Shown here in pieces: positions 9,686-18,772 of a stretch of DNA of 64,000 nucleotides. The position numbers and the translations under genes were made by a program. The notes under the pieces were generated by a model that saw only the letters and a program-made list of their open reading frames with translations, was not told the origin of the DNA and did no database searches. How positions within the stretch are numbered: position 1 is the stretch's first letter; each line of letters starts with the position of its first letter. Origin of the DNA: Candidatus Nanoarchaeia archaeon (GTDB lineage Archaea > Nanobdellota > Nanobdellia > SCGC-AAA011-G17 > GW2011-AR18); contig DATDWR010000014.1 in NCBI GenBank assembly GCA_035289605.1, forward strand, positions 13,798 to 77,797, in the 5' to 3' direction.

Positions 9686-10003
9686 TTATAGTTTTCTTTT
9701 TAATAGGTAAGAAGATATTTTGTGTTTTGTTGTGAATTCTTTCCATGAAACATATTTTAATTTTTCATTTTCTGGAAGAATACAAATGTTCATGTGGTTA
9801 TTGAATAGTTGTAAGAATTCTTTTCTACTCACTTCTGTGTTTGGGTTTTTTCATCCATGAGAATTTTTCGAGCAGTTTCTTTCCTGTGTATCCTTTGATG
9901 AGTTTTGCTACTTGCGGTCTTGTTCTTAGTCCTATGTCTACTAGCATGTGCACATGGTTGTTGTCGAATCCTAGTTCGCTTACTTTTATTCCGTACTTTT
10001 AGC
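9686..10003 (-). pseudogene. IS200/IS605-type Y1 transposase (TnpA-like) remnant, N-terminally truncated and frameshifted
   Basis: The minus-strand translation gives ...ELGFDNNHVHMLVDIGLRTRPQVAKLIKGYTGKKLLEKFSWMKKPKHRSE*. This matches the DHVHLL...lKG.s core of IS200 TnpA. The remainder continues in another frame (KEFLQLFNNHMNICILPENEKLKYVSWKEFTTKH). There is no N-terminal half and no start codon. Confidence 0.6.
9721..9853 (-). repeat. copy A of a ~133-nt dispersed repeat (3' end of the transposase remnant)
   Basis: By hand alignment it is roughly 80 percent identical to 28276-28409. Confidence 0.75.
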
Positions 10004-10051
10004 ATACTTGGCTGAATAGTTGTTTGCGGCAGAATTAGTTTTACATTAATG

Positions 10052-11353
10052 TTATTTAATTTTTTTCTTCTCTTTCATTTTAACCATTCTGTAAGTGTAG
10101 TTTACAGGATTCTTGCACATATTGCATATTGAGTCTTCGCATTTTATTCCAATTGCTTTATAATAATTAACATTGTCACAATTTGGAGGAAGCACTTTTT
10201 TGTTTTGTCTTTTGAACCAGCTTACTTGTGCTTTGATATATCCATCTCTTAACGGTTCAGCATTTCTCTTGTTCCACTCTAGTAAGAAGTTCTCTATTTC
10301 CTCAAAGTTCCATCCCACTGAAGTCAAGAAATTACATAAGATGAATACTCCTCTTTTTCTTCCATCCTCTTTCAATCCTCTCATTAGTTTTGTTATGCAC
10401 GCTGGAAAGAACTCTGGTTTTATTGCAACTTTGCTTACCTCATATCTTCTTTCTTGCTGCCTTATCTCCTGTCCCAATACACTAGTCTCTTTTTTCGCCC
10501 AGTCAAATGCCTGTATCAGCAATTCCTTTGCCTCGTCTTTTACTACATTTTCTCTGTCTAAAAACTTTATATTTACTTTTACATTCTCAATTTTAGCATC
10601 ATCTATATTAAAGTCAGAAATATTTTTCAGCGGAATGCTCACCAATCCAGACTTCTCATTTATTGAATATGCGCATCTAAATAAATGTCTACTTGATATT
10701 AGCACAGAGTCTATATCCACTGCTTGGTATGGGTCAAATTTTCCATTAACTATTAGTTGATCTTCTGTTTTTCCTATGCTTTTTGCTATGTCATTTAAGC
10801 TTCCTTTGCTTAGTAGTTTTGCTGTTAAGAATTCTTGTATCATGCTTTTCAAATAACTAGATATTACTCTAACACCTTCAGGAAAATAATCTTTTATGTT
10901 TACATTATTTACTTCTTTTGGAAAAGCTTCAAATGGTATTGCAATATGTAAGCCCCTGTTTCCGGAATATTTTAATGAATAATTTTTTACATTGTGAAAT
11001 TTTAATGCTTCAATTAATAATTCTCCAGTAATAAGCGAAAATTCTAAATTTTTTGAGTCTAAATCCAAAATGCAATCCCATCCAGACCGGAAGTTGTCTA
11101 ATTCTTTTTTTCTAAGTCCAGCTTCTAAAATTGTAGGATCCTTCCACCGTTCCTCACTGATATGAAATGATGTCATTCCTTGTTTAACTAAGTCTTTTAC
11201 ATCGCCTTCAAAGTTCACTACTTCTGGCCTTATTCCTCTGAATTCTCCAAACCAAGCCTGCACTTCTCTGTCTTCAGACAGTCTTATCAGTTCTTTTTGC
11301 ACTTCCTTTCTGGAATAATATTCTTTTGCATTAGCTATCAATTTGGAATCCAT
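10052..11353 (-). CDS. priS: DNA primase, fused catalytic PriS domain plus PriL C-terminal-like domain
   Basis: PriS motifs are present: ILDLDS (DxD) and SGNRGLHIAIPF. The C-terminal ~110 aa (FPACITKLMRGLKEDGRKRGVFILCNFL...PPNCDN...C..C..C) resembles the PriL Fe-S domain. Confidence 0.75.
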   Translation of the reverse strand: MDSKLIANAKEYYSRKEVQKELIRLSEDREVQAWFGEFRGIRPEVVNFEGDVKDLVKQGMTSFHISEERWKDPTILEAGLRKKELDNFRSGWDCILDLDSKNLEFSLITGELLIEALKFHNVKNYSLKYSGNRGLHIAIPFEAFPKEVNNVNIKDYFPEGVRVISSYLKSMIQEFLTAKLLSKGSLNDIAKSIGKTEDQLIVNGKFDPYQAVDIDSVLISSRHLFRCAYSINEKSGLVSIPLKNISDFNIDDAKIENVKVNIKFLDRENVVKDEAKELLIQAFDWAKKETSVLGQEIRQQERRYEVSKVAIKPEFFPACITKLMRGLKEDGRKRGVFILCNFLTSVGWNFEEIENFLLEWNKRNAEPLRDGYIKAQVSWFKRQNKKVLPPNCDNVNYYKAIGIKCEDSICNMCKNPVNYTYRMVKMKEKKKIK

Positions 11354-11403
11354 CTAAATGGGAGCAAAGCTTTTTGTTTAAATTGATTGTTATTGTAGAA
11401 TTT

Positions 11404-11814
11404 CTATTCTTCAGATTTTATTTTTTCAAATTCTTTCTGCAGTTCTTGTACGACTTCTATAACAGCATTTGCCTGTTCTTTCATTTGTTGGGATAATATA
11501 CTAACTTCATTTAGCTGTTTTTTTACTGTTTCTCTTGCTTCTTCTACTGTTTTTTCCACGCAGACTCCGCTGCCTACATTCATTATTAATTTTTTATTGT
11601 CCTTTAAAATGCCTTTCATGAATATTCCGCTGCCTAATGCCATTAATGTCTCATTTTCAGGCTTGACTTTTGATATGCTGTCAAGATTCTCGTCTAGTTT
11701 GCTTATGTCATGGATATGCTTCTCCAGGTTTTCTATGTTTTGATGCAATTGCTGTACCTGCTGGATCATCATCTGGTATTCCATGTATTTTTCTTTTAGT
11801 TTTTCTTTGTTCAT
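11404..11814 (-). CDS. pfdA: prefoldin alpha subunit
   Basis: Coiled coil, then a beta hairpin core (LMALGSGIFMKGILKDNKKLIMNVGSGVCVEKTVEEA), then coiled coil. Confidence 0.8.
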   Translation of the reverse strand: MNKEKLKEKYMEYQMMIQQVQQLHQNIENLEKHIHDISKLDENLDSISKVKPENETLMALGSGIFMKGILKDNKKLIMNVGSGVCVEKTVEEARETVKKQLNEVSILSQQMKEQANAVIEVVQELQKEFEKIKSEE

Positions 11815-11930
11815 TTTTCTTTGACATCAAATGTGCCGCAGTTTGGGCAGCAGTAAACCTCGCTATTGCTTTTGTCTTCTATGTAGTGTGATTCAGAATT
11901 GCATACGCTGCACTTTATGGTCTTATTCAT
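11811..11930 (-). CDS. 39-aa zinc-ribbon protein (CxxC...CxxC)
   Basis: Not in the track. MNKTIKCSVCNSESHYIEDKSNSEVYCCPNCGTFDVKEK. Its ATG lies within the last codons of rpl14e, and its TGA overlaps the pfdA ATG (ATGA), suggesting translational coupling on both sides. Confidence 0.5.
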   Translation of the reverse strand: MNKTIKCSVCNSESHYIEDKSNSEVYCCPNCGTFDVKEK

Positions 11931-12240
11931 TTCTTTGTCTTCTTTTCAGGTTTTTAGTTTCTTTATTTTCTTCTTTTGTTTCTTTTTTAGCTTTAGGTGC
12001 TCCGTGCTTGTGCACTTTAAATCCCATTTCTCCTAGAACTTTTCTTATTTCTTCACTTGTAGCTCCCTTTCCGACTTTTATTTCTTTTCCTAAGAATTCT
12101 ATGTGTTTGAAGTTTACTTTCCTTTTTCTTGCATCTCCATCAATAGTATAATAGCCGTTTCCAAGGTCTTCAACAACAACAGCTATTCTTCCTGCATCTC
12201 TTCCTGCGAGTTTAATTACTACATCTCCTGTTTTAACCAT
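11923..12240 (-). CDS. rpl14e: 50S ribosomal protein L14e
   Basis: KOW-like GDVVIKLAGRDAGRIAVVV, and its position after L34e. Confidence 0.85.
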   Translation of the reverse strand: MVKTGDVVIKLAGRDAGRIAVVVEDLGNGYYTIDGDARKRKVNFKHIEFLGKEIKVGKGATSEEIRKVLGEMGFKVHKHGAPKAKKETKEENKETKNLKRRQRNE

Positions 12241-12508
12241 TTCTCATCACCTGCGCTTTTTCTAGCAAAACACTTCTCATGCACTTGCTGCACAAGTTTC
12301 CTGCATACGGTCTTGAAGGCGCCTTTTTTGTTTTGCTTAGCTTTCTTATTTGTGTTTTAACTCCATGAGCAACGCCTTTTAAAACATCTCCGCATATTCT
12401 GCATTTAGGTTTTGCTTGCTTTTTTTCTCTGTAGTGTATTCTAACTCCTTTTGGAGCTCTTACATATATTCTGTTAAGTGTTCTTGATTTGTGTTGTGGT
12501 TTTGGCAT
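12233..12508 (-). CDS. rpl34e: 50S ribosomal protein L34e
   Basis: ...RTLNRIYVRAPKG...KPKCRICGDVLKGV matches the eL34 pattern. Confidence 0.85.
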   Translation of the reverse strand: MPKPQHKSRTLNRIYVRAPKGVRIHYREKKQAKPKCRICGDVLKGVAHGVKTQIRKLSKTKKAPSRPYAGNLCSKCMRSVLLEKAQVMRNG

Positions 12509-12558
12509 TTTTATCCTTGGTATTTGTGTAAAAAGCTAAGGGTTTAAGAAGCTTTCTT

Positions 12559-13089
12559 TTAGTAAACCTTTAGCACTTTTCTGAATATCATGCTGAAAAT
12601 AATTGATAATACAAAGTAGGTTCCAAACCATCCCATTAATCCGAAAAATTTCGGGTCATTAAAGCCTTTAAATGTATCAGTGAACCATCTAAATAGTAAA
12701 ATTATAGGCAAAGCAGTATATATTAATGGTTTCATTACCAGTTCAAAGTTTTTTGGCATGTTTGCGAATTGTTGGTCTCGTAATTCTTTGCTTTTAGGAT
12801 CATTTGGGGCATATTTTTTCATTTCTTCTTGCATTGCTTTTTGTTCTTCTCTTAGTTTTTTCAATGCTTCCTGGTCTGTTGTATATTTCTGAATGATTGT
12901 TAATATAAATTGCAGTAATCCTATTATTATTACATATCCCCATGTAAGGTTCCAGCTTAATATTTTCCCAAGTATTGGGTTAAGAATAGTATTTACTGCG
13001 CTTTTTACTGCAGGCACTTTGTCCCATAGAGTGTTGAATAAAAGTCCTACAATCATTAATCCTAGGAATAAGAAGAATATTTTTTTCAT
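12559..13089 (-). CDS. DUF106/EMC3-like membrane protein (archaeal YidC/Oxa1-like)
   Basis: Three TM segments with a charged coiled loop (EALKKLREEQKAMQEEMKKY). It occupies the canonical position downstream of secY. Confidence 0.7.
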   Translation of the reverse strand: MKKIFFLFLGLMIVGLLFNTLWDKVPAVKSAVNTILNPILGKILSWNLTWGYVIIIGLLQFILTIIQKYTTDQEALKKLREEQKAMQEEMKKYAPNDPKSKELRDQQFANMPKNFELVMKPLIYTALPIILLFRWFTDTFKGFNDPKFFGLMGWFGTYFVLSIIFSMIFRKVLKVY

Positions 13090-14481
13090 TTAGCTTCCGC
13101 CCATAATTTTTTTCATTGCTGGATGCATGTCCATCATATGGTGTTTTGCTATATCTTCATATAGCTTGTAGATTATCATCACTGCTAGTAATATTCCAGT
13201 TCCTCTTGACAGCGCTCCTAGCAGGTCAGCAGATGCTGCTAGTATTCCTATGAACAATCCTCCCATGACTGTCAGCGGAAATATGTATCTGTCAAGTACT
13301 TTTTCTAGTATTCTCTCATCTGTTCTAAATCCTGCTATGCTCAGTCCTGAGGATCTTATTTGTTTTGCAAGGCTTGCTGCATCTTGGCCTGCAGTTTTTA
13401 CCCAGAATATTGAGAATATTAGCGATCCTAGTGCAAGTATTATCATGTAGACTAATGCTCTTAGCAGGTCCAGCCATATAAATGATCCTGTTAGTAAGTT
13501 TGTTATTATTGTTGGTCCGCTTACCCACAGCGTTAGTTCATTAGCTGCTGTAGACGATATCAGTCCCCAGCTTTGTAATAGTCCTCCTGCTAGCTGTACA
13601 TTTGCTAGTAGTGCTGCTATTAGTATTACTGGTATGTTGCTTGTGTACAAAAAATTTAATGGCCATCTTACTCCGAATCCTCTTACTCTTCCGAAGCTTA
13701 GTGGTATTTCTACTTTCATTGCCTGTGCATATACTGATATTACAAATACTACTACTGTTGCTATTATTGCAGACATCGCTATTACAGCATCCTTTGGTGC
13801 TCCTGCAAGTAGTGATGTGAAGAAGACTATGAACGCTCCTATTGGTGGCTGTCCTGAACCAAATGCCCATTGCCCGACGCTGTTTAGTGGGCTGAATGCT
13901 CTTATCATTATTTCTGCAGCCACTCCTCCTGCTATGAATAAGCTAACTCCAGACCCGAATCCCCATTTTTGTACTACCTCATCCATGAACAATACTAGCA
14001 GTCCTCCGATTATTAGTTGTAGTACTAATATTATTTGGAAGCTGAAATATGCTGGTGTTCCTCTTAGTGCCGGGTCAGGTGCAAGTCCTCCCATGAATAC
14101 GTACACTGCTCCTTCAAATATTATGAAGAATATTGCTGCAAATTTCTGCAGTCCTTGAAAGAACGCTCTTCCTTCATGTGTTGTAAGGTCCATTTTCAGT
14201 ATGCCTGATCCTGCTAATAATTGCAGTACAATGGAAGCAGTTACTATCGGGCCTATTCCCAAGGACAATATTGAACCAAAGCTTGCTCCTAGTATTATTG
14301 ATAGTTGTTCAAATCTTGCTAGTCCATTCTCGCCTAATCCATAGAGTGGTATTACTGATAATATAAAGAATGCTACTAAAATTATTAGTGTCCACTTTAG
14401 TTTTTCTTTGAATGGCCTGTTTTTTTGCTTTGGAGCTTTTACTTCTGGAAGGCTCGAAAGTATGTTATTTATTATTGACAT
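13090..14481 (-). CDS. secY: preprotein translocase subunit SecY
   Basis: 463-aa, 10-TM protein with a SecY-like sequence, located after L15. Confidence 0.95.
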   Translation of the reverse strand: MSIINNILSSLPEVKAPKQKNRPFKEKLKWTLIILVAFFILSVIPLYGLGENGLARFEQLSIILGASFGSILSLGIGPIVTASIVLQLLAGSGILKMDLTTHEGRAFFQGLQKFAAIFFIIFEGAVYVFMGGLAPDPALRGTPAYFSFQIILVLQLIIGGLLVLFMDEVVQKWGFGSGVSLFIAGGVAAEIMIRAFSPLNSVGQWAFGSGQPPIGAFIVFFTSLLAGAPKDAVIAMSAIIATVVVFVISVYAQAMKVEIPLSFGRVRGFGVRWPLNFLYTSNIPVILIAALLANVQLAGGLLQSWGLISSTAANELTLWVSGPTIITNLLTGSFIWLDLLRALVYMIILALGSLIFSIFWVKTAGQDAASLAKQIRSSGLSIAGFRTDERILEKVLDRYIFPLTVMGGLFIGILAASADLLGALSRGTGILLAVMIIYKLYEDIAKHHMMDMHPAMKKIMGGS

Positions 14482-14932
14482 CTTCTCTTATTATTTCACC
14501 GCCATTTTCTTCTATTTTGTGGATCGCATTTTTTGAGAATTGGTCTGCTTTTATTTTCAGCTTGATATTTACATGTCCTCCGCCTAATAGTTTGTCATAT
14601 CCTAGTTTTGACAAGTCTACAACATAAGTGTTTCCTTGTTTTTCTGCTAGTTTGTCTTTGACGTAGCTTTCAATATGCTTTTGCAGGTCTTTCAAGTTTA
14701 TTGTTCTTATTTTTTTGATAAGTTTTTGTGGTCTGTGGAATCCTCTTTTTCCGTAATAGTCATTTCCGTATAGTTTTAGTATTGTTGGTTTTTTCTGGTC
14801 AGCTCTTTTTCCTGATCCTGCCATTCCCTTTCCGCCTCTGTGTCCTGCTCCCCTGTGCTTTTTTTTGGAGCCCCAGCCGTGCGTTGAGCTCGCTCTCATT
14901 CTAGAATTTTTTTTTCTTTTGTTTACTGTCAT
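14465..14932 (-). CDS. rpl15: 50S ribosomal protein L15 (uL15)
   Basis: Gly/Arg-rich N-terminus (HGWGSKKKHRGAGHRGGKGMAGSGKR) and operon position. Confidence 0.9.
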   Translation of the reverse strand: MTVNKRKKNSRMRASSTHGWGSKKKHRGAGHRGGKGMAGSGKRADQKKPTILKLYGNDYYGKRGFHRPQKLIKKIRTINLKDLQKHIESYVKDKLAEKQGNTYVVDLSKLGYDKLLGGGHVNIKLKIKADQFSKNAIHKIEENGGEIIREDVNNK

Positions 14933-15567
14933 TTTGGAAGATAACCTCCTGAATACAAAGCATTATCTATTCCAAGTCTTGATAATACTAAAAATGCAAA
15001 TACCATTAGCCCAATGCTTAATAACATGAATATTACATAAGGTATTACATACATCAGCACTGCTGTTCTAAATCTTATTTTATGCACTTCTGCTGTGCCA
15101 TATATTAGTAGTATAAGCCTGTATATTCCTGCAAGGAATCCTAATACAGGTATCCATCCGAAGATAAATATTGGTGTCTTTGTATAAGCATATAGCTGGT
15201 AGGTTTTCTTGTAATCTGCCTGTCCTTCAAATAATAGTATCCACACATAGAGTATTGCTGCCCATAAAAAGCTAAATCCGAGCCTGAAAGGATAGCTTAT
15301 AATAAAAAAGAGCATTACAAAAGCTATTCCTGGTTGTGGAGTTTTGCTTATTATGTCTACGAGGTTCTGCATTCCAATTAATGAATATAGAAAAGAAATT
15401 GAGGAATTTAGTATAAAGACACTTATAAGTGTTGTAATTGTACCAAATACTAATGAGTAAATGAAGTAGTATACAAATGCATCTTTTAGTTCCTTTTCCT
15501 TGTTTATGTTTCTGAAATATTGCGTAGGTTTTGTCAATATGTCTACTGTTCTTTGTAAGATTTTCAT
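14929..15567 (-). CDS. Yip1-family-like integral membrane protein
   Basis: 212 aa with 5 predicted TM segments. ATGA-type overlaps with both L30 and L15 place it inside the r-protein operon. Confidence 0.6.
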   Translation of the reverse strand: MKILQRTVDILTKPTQYFRNINKEKELKDAFVYYFIYSLVFGTITTLISVFILNSSISFLYSLIGMQNLVDIISKTPQPGIAFVMLFFIISYPFRLGFSFLWAAILYVWILLFEGQADYKKTYQLYAYTKTPIFIFGWIPVLGFLAGIYRLILLIYGTAEVHKIRFRTAVLMYVIPYVIFMLLSIGLMVFAFLVLSRLGIDNALYSGGYLPK

Positions 15568-16034
15568 ACCATCCTCCTTAATAGCTCGTTTATTCCGTTT
15601 TTCCTGTAACCTAGTGCTCCGCCCATGCTGTACTGTTTTTTTATTCCTTGTTTTTCAAATCCGCCTCTTGGTGGTGTCAGCCTGAAGTATGTTTTAATTC
15701 CCGGCACTTCTTTTAATTTTACCTTTCCTTCCATGAATTCTTTGGAGAACTGTTCATAGTTTTTGTTTGTTTTCTGCTTCAGGTATTCTTCTGTAAGCTT
15801 TTTATTGCCTGCCATTCTGCCTCTTTTCTCAAATAATACTCTGAATGTTTCTGTGTCTATTTCTCCCCACGTGACAAAGTCTTTTAATTTTACAAGTGCT
15901 CCAGTATACCTTGGATCTTGGTCTAGTATAACGCAGCTGTTTTTTTTCCTGAGTCTTAGGAATCCTAGGCTGTCTTTGACTTTTTTGCTCATTCCTACTC
16001 CGCCTCTGACTTGGACAACTGCTATTTTTTTCAT
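15564..16034 (-). CDS. rpl30: 50S ribosomal protein L30 (uL30)
   Basis: IAVVQVRGGVGMSKKVKDSLGFLRLRKKNSCVIL. I prefer the start at 16034, 1 nt after the S5 stop. Confidence 0.9.
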   Translation of the reverse strand: MKKIAVVQVRGGVGMSKKVKDSLGFLRLRKKNSCVILDQDPRYTGALVKLKDFVTWGEIDTETFRVLFEKRGRMAGNKKLTEEYLKQKTNKNYEQFSKEFMEGKVKLKEVPGIKTYFRLTPPRGGFEKQGIKKQYSMGGALGYRKNGINELLRRMV

Positions 16035-16035
16035 T

Positions 16036-16755
16036 TTAGTTTTGTACTCTTCCTTCAACAATGCCTGCCTCTTTTGCAAACTCTTCTTTGACTTTATATT
16101 TTGTTAGTTGTCTTAGTGCATAATAGCAGGCTTTTAAGAAGTTTAGTTTTGTGGATGTCTGTCCTTCTGATTTCGTGTAAATGTCTTTTATTCCTGCCAT
16201 GCTGAGTATCACTCCGCATTTCCTTTCTGCTTTTAGTCCTGTGCCTCTTGGGGCTGGCATGAGTTCTATTTGCACGCTGCCGCTTTTTCCTTTTACTGTG
16301 TAAGGTATTGAGTGTGGTGTTCTGCAGTCGCACGCCCAGGATCCGCATCCTCTTGCAATTTTCACTACGTTAAGTTTTGCATTTCTTATTGCCTTTTCTC
16401 TTGCTGGAAGTGTCTCTTTTGCTCCTCCAAATCCTATTCCAACATATCCGTCTCTGTTGCCTACGACTGCTAGTGCTGAGAATTTTATTGTGTTTCCTTC
16501 AGAGGTTTTTTTCTGTGTTTGTTTCCATATGCTTTCTTTTCCTCCGCCGAATTTTCCCTTGCTTTGCCCGACTTCTATTAGTTCTGATGTCAGGTCTGGA
16601 AGCAGTTTGTCAATTATTTCAGGCTCTAAGATCCTAACTCCACTGTCAAGTATTTTTCCTAAGTCAGTCATCTCTCCTGCTTTTACTTTTCTTCCTAGTT
16701 CTGTTTTTGGCACCCACTTGTCTATTATTTGTTCTTGTGTTTTTTCTACTGCCAT
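16036..16755 (-). CDS. rps5: 30S ribosomal protein S5 (uS5)
   Basis: VVVGNRDGYVGIGFGGAKE...AIRNAK motifs. Confidence 0.95.
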   Translation of the reverse strand: MAVEKTQEQIIDKWVPKTELGRKVKAGEMTDLGKILDSGVRILEPEIIDKLLPDLTSELIEVGQSKGKFGGGKESIWKQTQKKTSEGNTIKFSALAVVGNRDGYVGIGFGGAKETLPAREKAIRNAKLNVVKIARGCGSWACDCRTPHSIPYTVKGKSGSVQIELMPAPRGTGLKAERKCGVILSMAGIKDIYTKSEGQTSTKLNFLKACYYALRQLTKYKVKEEFAKEAGIVEGRVQN

Positions 16756-17267
16756 TTTTCTAGTATTTTATTCTTTACCTCATAAAAGTTTTTTGTCATG
16801 TCTGTTTTTGCATTTTTTCCTGTGATTCTCTCTTCACTTGGAAAGTATTTTTCATTGCATTTTACTTCTTGCTTGCTGTCTATTATTCCTTTTGCTGCTG
16901 CAAATATGCTTGATCCTTTGACTGCCCTGTAAAGTCCTATGTCTAGTATTCCTTCTTTTATGCCCTTCTTCTTTGCCCTCAGTCCGCATAACAGGCCTGT
17001 GAGGTATGCGCTTGGTGTATTTCCCTTGTGTCCCTTCCACCCGTACTTCAATAGTTCTCTGCTGTGTCCTGAAGCAACTGTCTTGTCTCCGTTTGTATCG
17101 TATTCGACAGCGTGGACAAAGATGTTATTCAGTTTTCTTCTTATTACAAACCTGGGCTTTCTTGAAATAAGTAGTGAAAGCCTTAACTTATAGTCTGTCC
17201 TTCCCTGCCTTCTCCTTCTGTACTTTAACGTGTAAGCTTTATGCATTCTTTTCATTTTTTGCTCCAT
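16746..17267 (-). CDS. rpl18: 50S ribosomal protein L18 (uL18)
   Basis: YRRRRQGRTDYKLR N-terminus. The start could be one of the internal Met codons (17255 or 17246). Confidence 0.9.
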   Translation of the reverse strand: MEQKMKRMHKAYTLKYRRRRQGRTDYKLRLSLLISRKPRFVIRRKLNNIFVHAVEYDTNGDKTVASGHSRELLKYGWKGHKGNTPSAYLTGLLCGLRAKKKGIKEGILDIGLYRAVKGSSIFAAAKGIIDSKQEVKCNEKYFPSEERITGKNAKTDMTKNFYEVKNKILEKWQ

Positions 17268-17704
17268 AAATTATGTTCTGTGAGGTAAAGTTTTATATGC
17301 CTGGCGCTTCTGAAAAACCCTCCTTTCGCCTTGAGCCTTAGCAGTCTGTATACTTCTTTTGCTATCAGGTTTTTATCTGAGTATTCAGTAATCATTTTTC
17401 TTTGTAGTCTTATTTTATTCACCCATATTATCTTTTTTCCAGCTCTTGCTGTGTGTTTTCCTTTTCTTGAGCCAATTCCTTGCCTTTTTCCTTTTCTTTT
17501 TTGTTGAAGTATTTTTCTTGCTCTTCCTCTTGATACTCCATTTTTTTGTTTTATTAGTACAGCTCCTTCTGCAGTTAGTTTTCTTAAGTCGTCTTTTGTT
17601 ATTGCTTCCTTGAAGTCTTTAAGCCTTGTAGGGTCTATCCACACTCTCTTTGTTCCTGCTTTTAGCATTCTGGCAATTATTTCTTTCCTATTTCTTAGGT
17701 TCAT
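17252..17704 (-). CDS. rpl19e: 50S ribosomal protein L19e
   Basis: MNLRNRKEIIARMLKAGTKRVWIDP is the typical eL19 start. The track's upstream KR-rich extension is the L32e tail read out of frame. Confidence 0.9.
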   Translation of the reverse strand: MNLRNRKEIIARMLKAGTKRVWIDPTRLKDFKEAITKDDLRKLTAEGAVLIKQKNGVSRGRARKILQQKRKGKRQGIGSRKGKHTARAGKKIIWVNKIRLQRKMITEYSDKNLIAKEVYRLLRLKAKGGFFRSARHIKLYLTEHNLWSKK

Positions 17705-18203
17705 TCTTGTTTTCCTCAGTCTTTTCTTTCGCCTTCTTCTCAGCTTCTTCTTTGGCTTTTGACTTTTTTTCTTTTTTCTTTGCTTCTTCTGATTTTTTTG
17801 ATTCAATTTTCTTTTTTATGTTATCTAGGAATTTTTCTGCATCTTTTACATTTGTCACCTTGATGTTTTTCTCTTTTGCTTTTGTAAGTATTGTTATTTT
17901 TTTCTTCAATCCAAGAGTTGAGGATAAGATTATTTTTTCATCTTTAAGGTTTTCAAGCTGTTTTAAATTTTCTACCAATATCATTTTGTCTCCCTGCCTG
18001 TCCAGTCCTTTTGCTGCCTTTGGGCTTCCATACCCTATTGAGGGCATTGCAGGATTTCCCCTGAATCCTCTCCTCATTTTGCTGTGCATGCCTCTAGGTC
18101 TTCTCCATTTCCCTTCATTTTGTGGGTATACATTAACTGTCTGCTGCTCGAAGTCAGGTTTCTTTGCCTTAATTTGATTTCTCAGTGTAACTAGCTTTTT
18201 CAT
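17688..18203 (-). CDS. rpl32e: 50S ribosomal protein L32e with Lys/Glu-rich C-terminal extension
   Basis: KWRRPRGMHSKMRRGFRGNPAMPSIGYGSPK core, plus a ~45-aa KE-rich tail. Confidence 0.9.
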   Translation of the reverse strand: MKKLVTLRNQIKAKKPDFEQQTVNVYPQNEGKWRRPRGMHSKMRRGFRGNPAMPSIGYGSPKAAKGLDRQGDKMILVENLKQLENLKDEKIILSSTLGLKKKITILTKAKEKNIKVTNVKDAEKFLDNIKKKIESKKSEEAKKKEKKSKAKEEAEKKAKEKTEENKNEPKK

Positions 18204-18772
18204 TATTCTTCTCCAGGCTTCTCGAGTATGTATATTCCGTCTTGGAATATTCTCCTGTCTCTGTTTGTAATTCTTGTTAGTTGCTCTATGTTTGCAGCTG
18301 TTTGGCCTACAAGATCTTTGTCAACTCCAGTAATTTTTATTGTGTCTCCCTGGATTTCTACTTTGACTCCTGGTTTTATATTGATGGCTCTTGGAACTTT
18401 TTCTCCTAGGAAGTTCTTTACCGAGAATTTATTTCCGTCCAGGTTGACTGTCATCGGAAAATGTCCTGAGCATATTTTAAGTTTGGCTGAGTAGCCGTTT
18501 GCCGCGCCTTTAAGCATGTTTCTTATATGTGCATAGTAGGTTGCTGTGCTTGTCTTGTCTGTTTTTGTTTGCTTCAGGCCTTTTTTTATTTTTATGTCTA
18601 TTTTTTCATTGTCTGCTTTAAGCTCGATTCTGGGGTTGTTGAATTCTTTTTTGACTTCACCTTTAGTTCCCTTTACAGCTAGTAGGTTGTTGTCTAGCGA
18701 AATGTTTATTCCCTGAGGCACCTCAATTTCTAGGTCGTAATTTTTCTTTCCCATTTTAGTAGCAGTAGGCAA
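18203..18772 (-). CDS. rpl6: 50S ribosomal protein L6 (uL6)
   Basis: Two-domain uL6 sequence and operon order. Confidence 0.9.
   Translation of the reverse strand: MPTATKMGKKNYDLEIEVPQGINISLDNNLLAVKGTKGEVKKEFNNPRIELKADNEKIDIKIKKGLKQTKTDKTSTATYYAHIRNMLKGAANGYSAKLKICSGHFPMTVNLDGNKFSVKNFLGEKVPRAINIKPGVKVEIQGDTIKITGVDKDLVGQTAANIEQLTRITNRDRRIFQDGIYILEKPGEE

Noticed and set aside
13250-14158. ORFs overlapping secY on both strands (13634..14158 +, 13541..13870 -, 13602..13820 +)
   Set aside because: These are shadow ORFs within the 10-TM SecY coding region.
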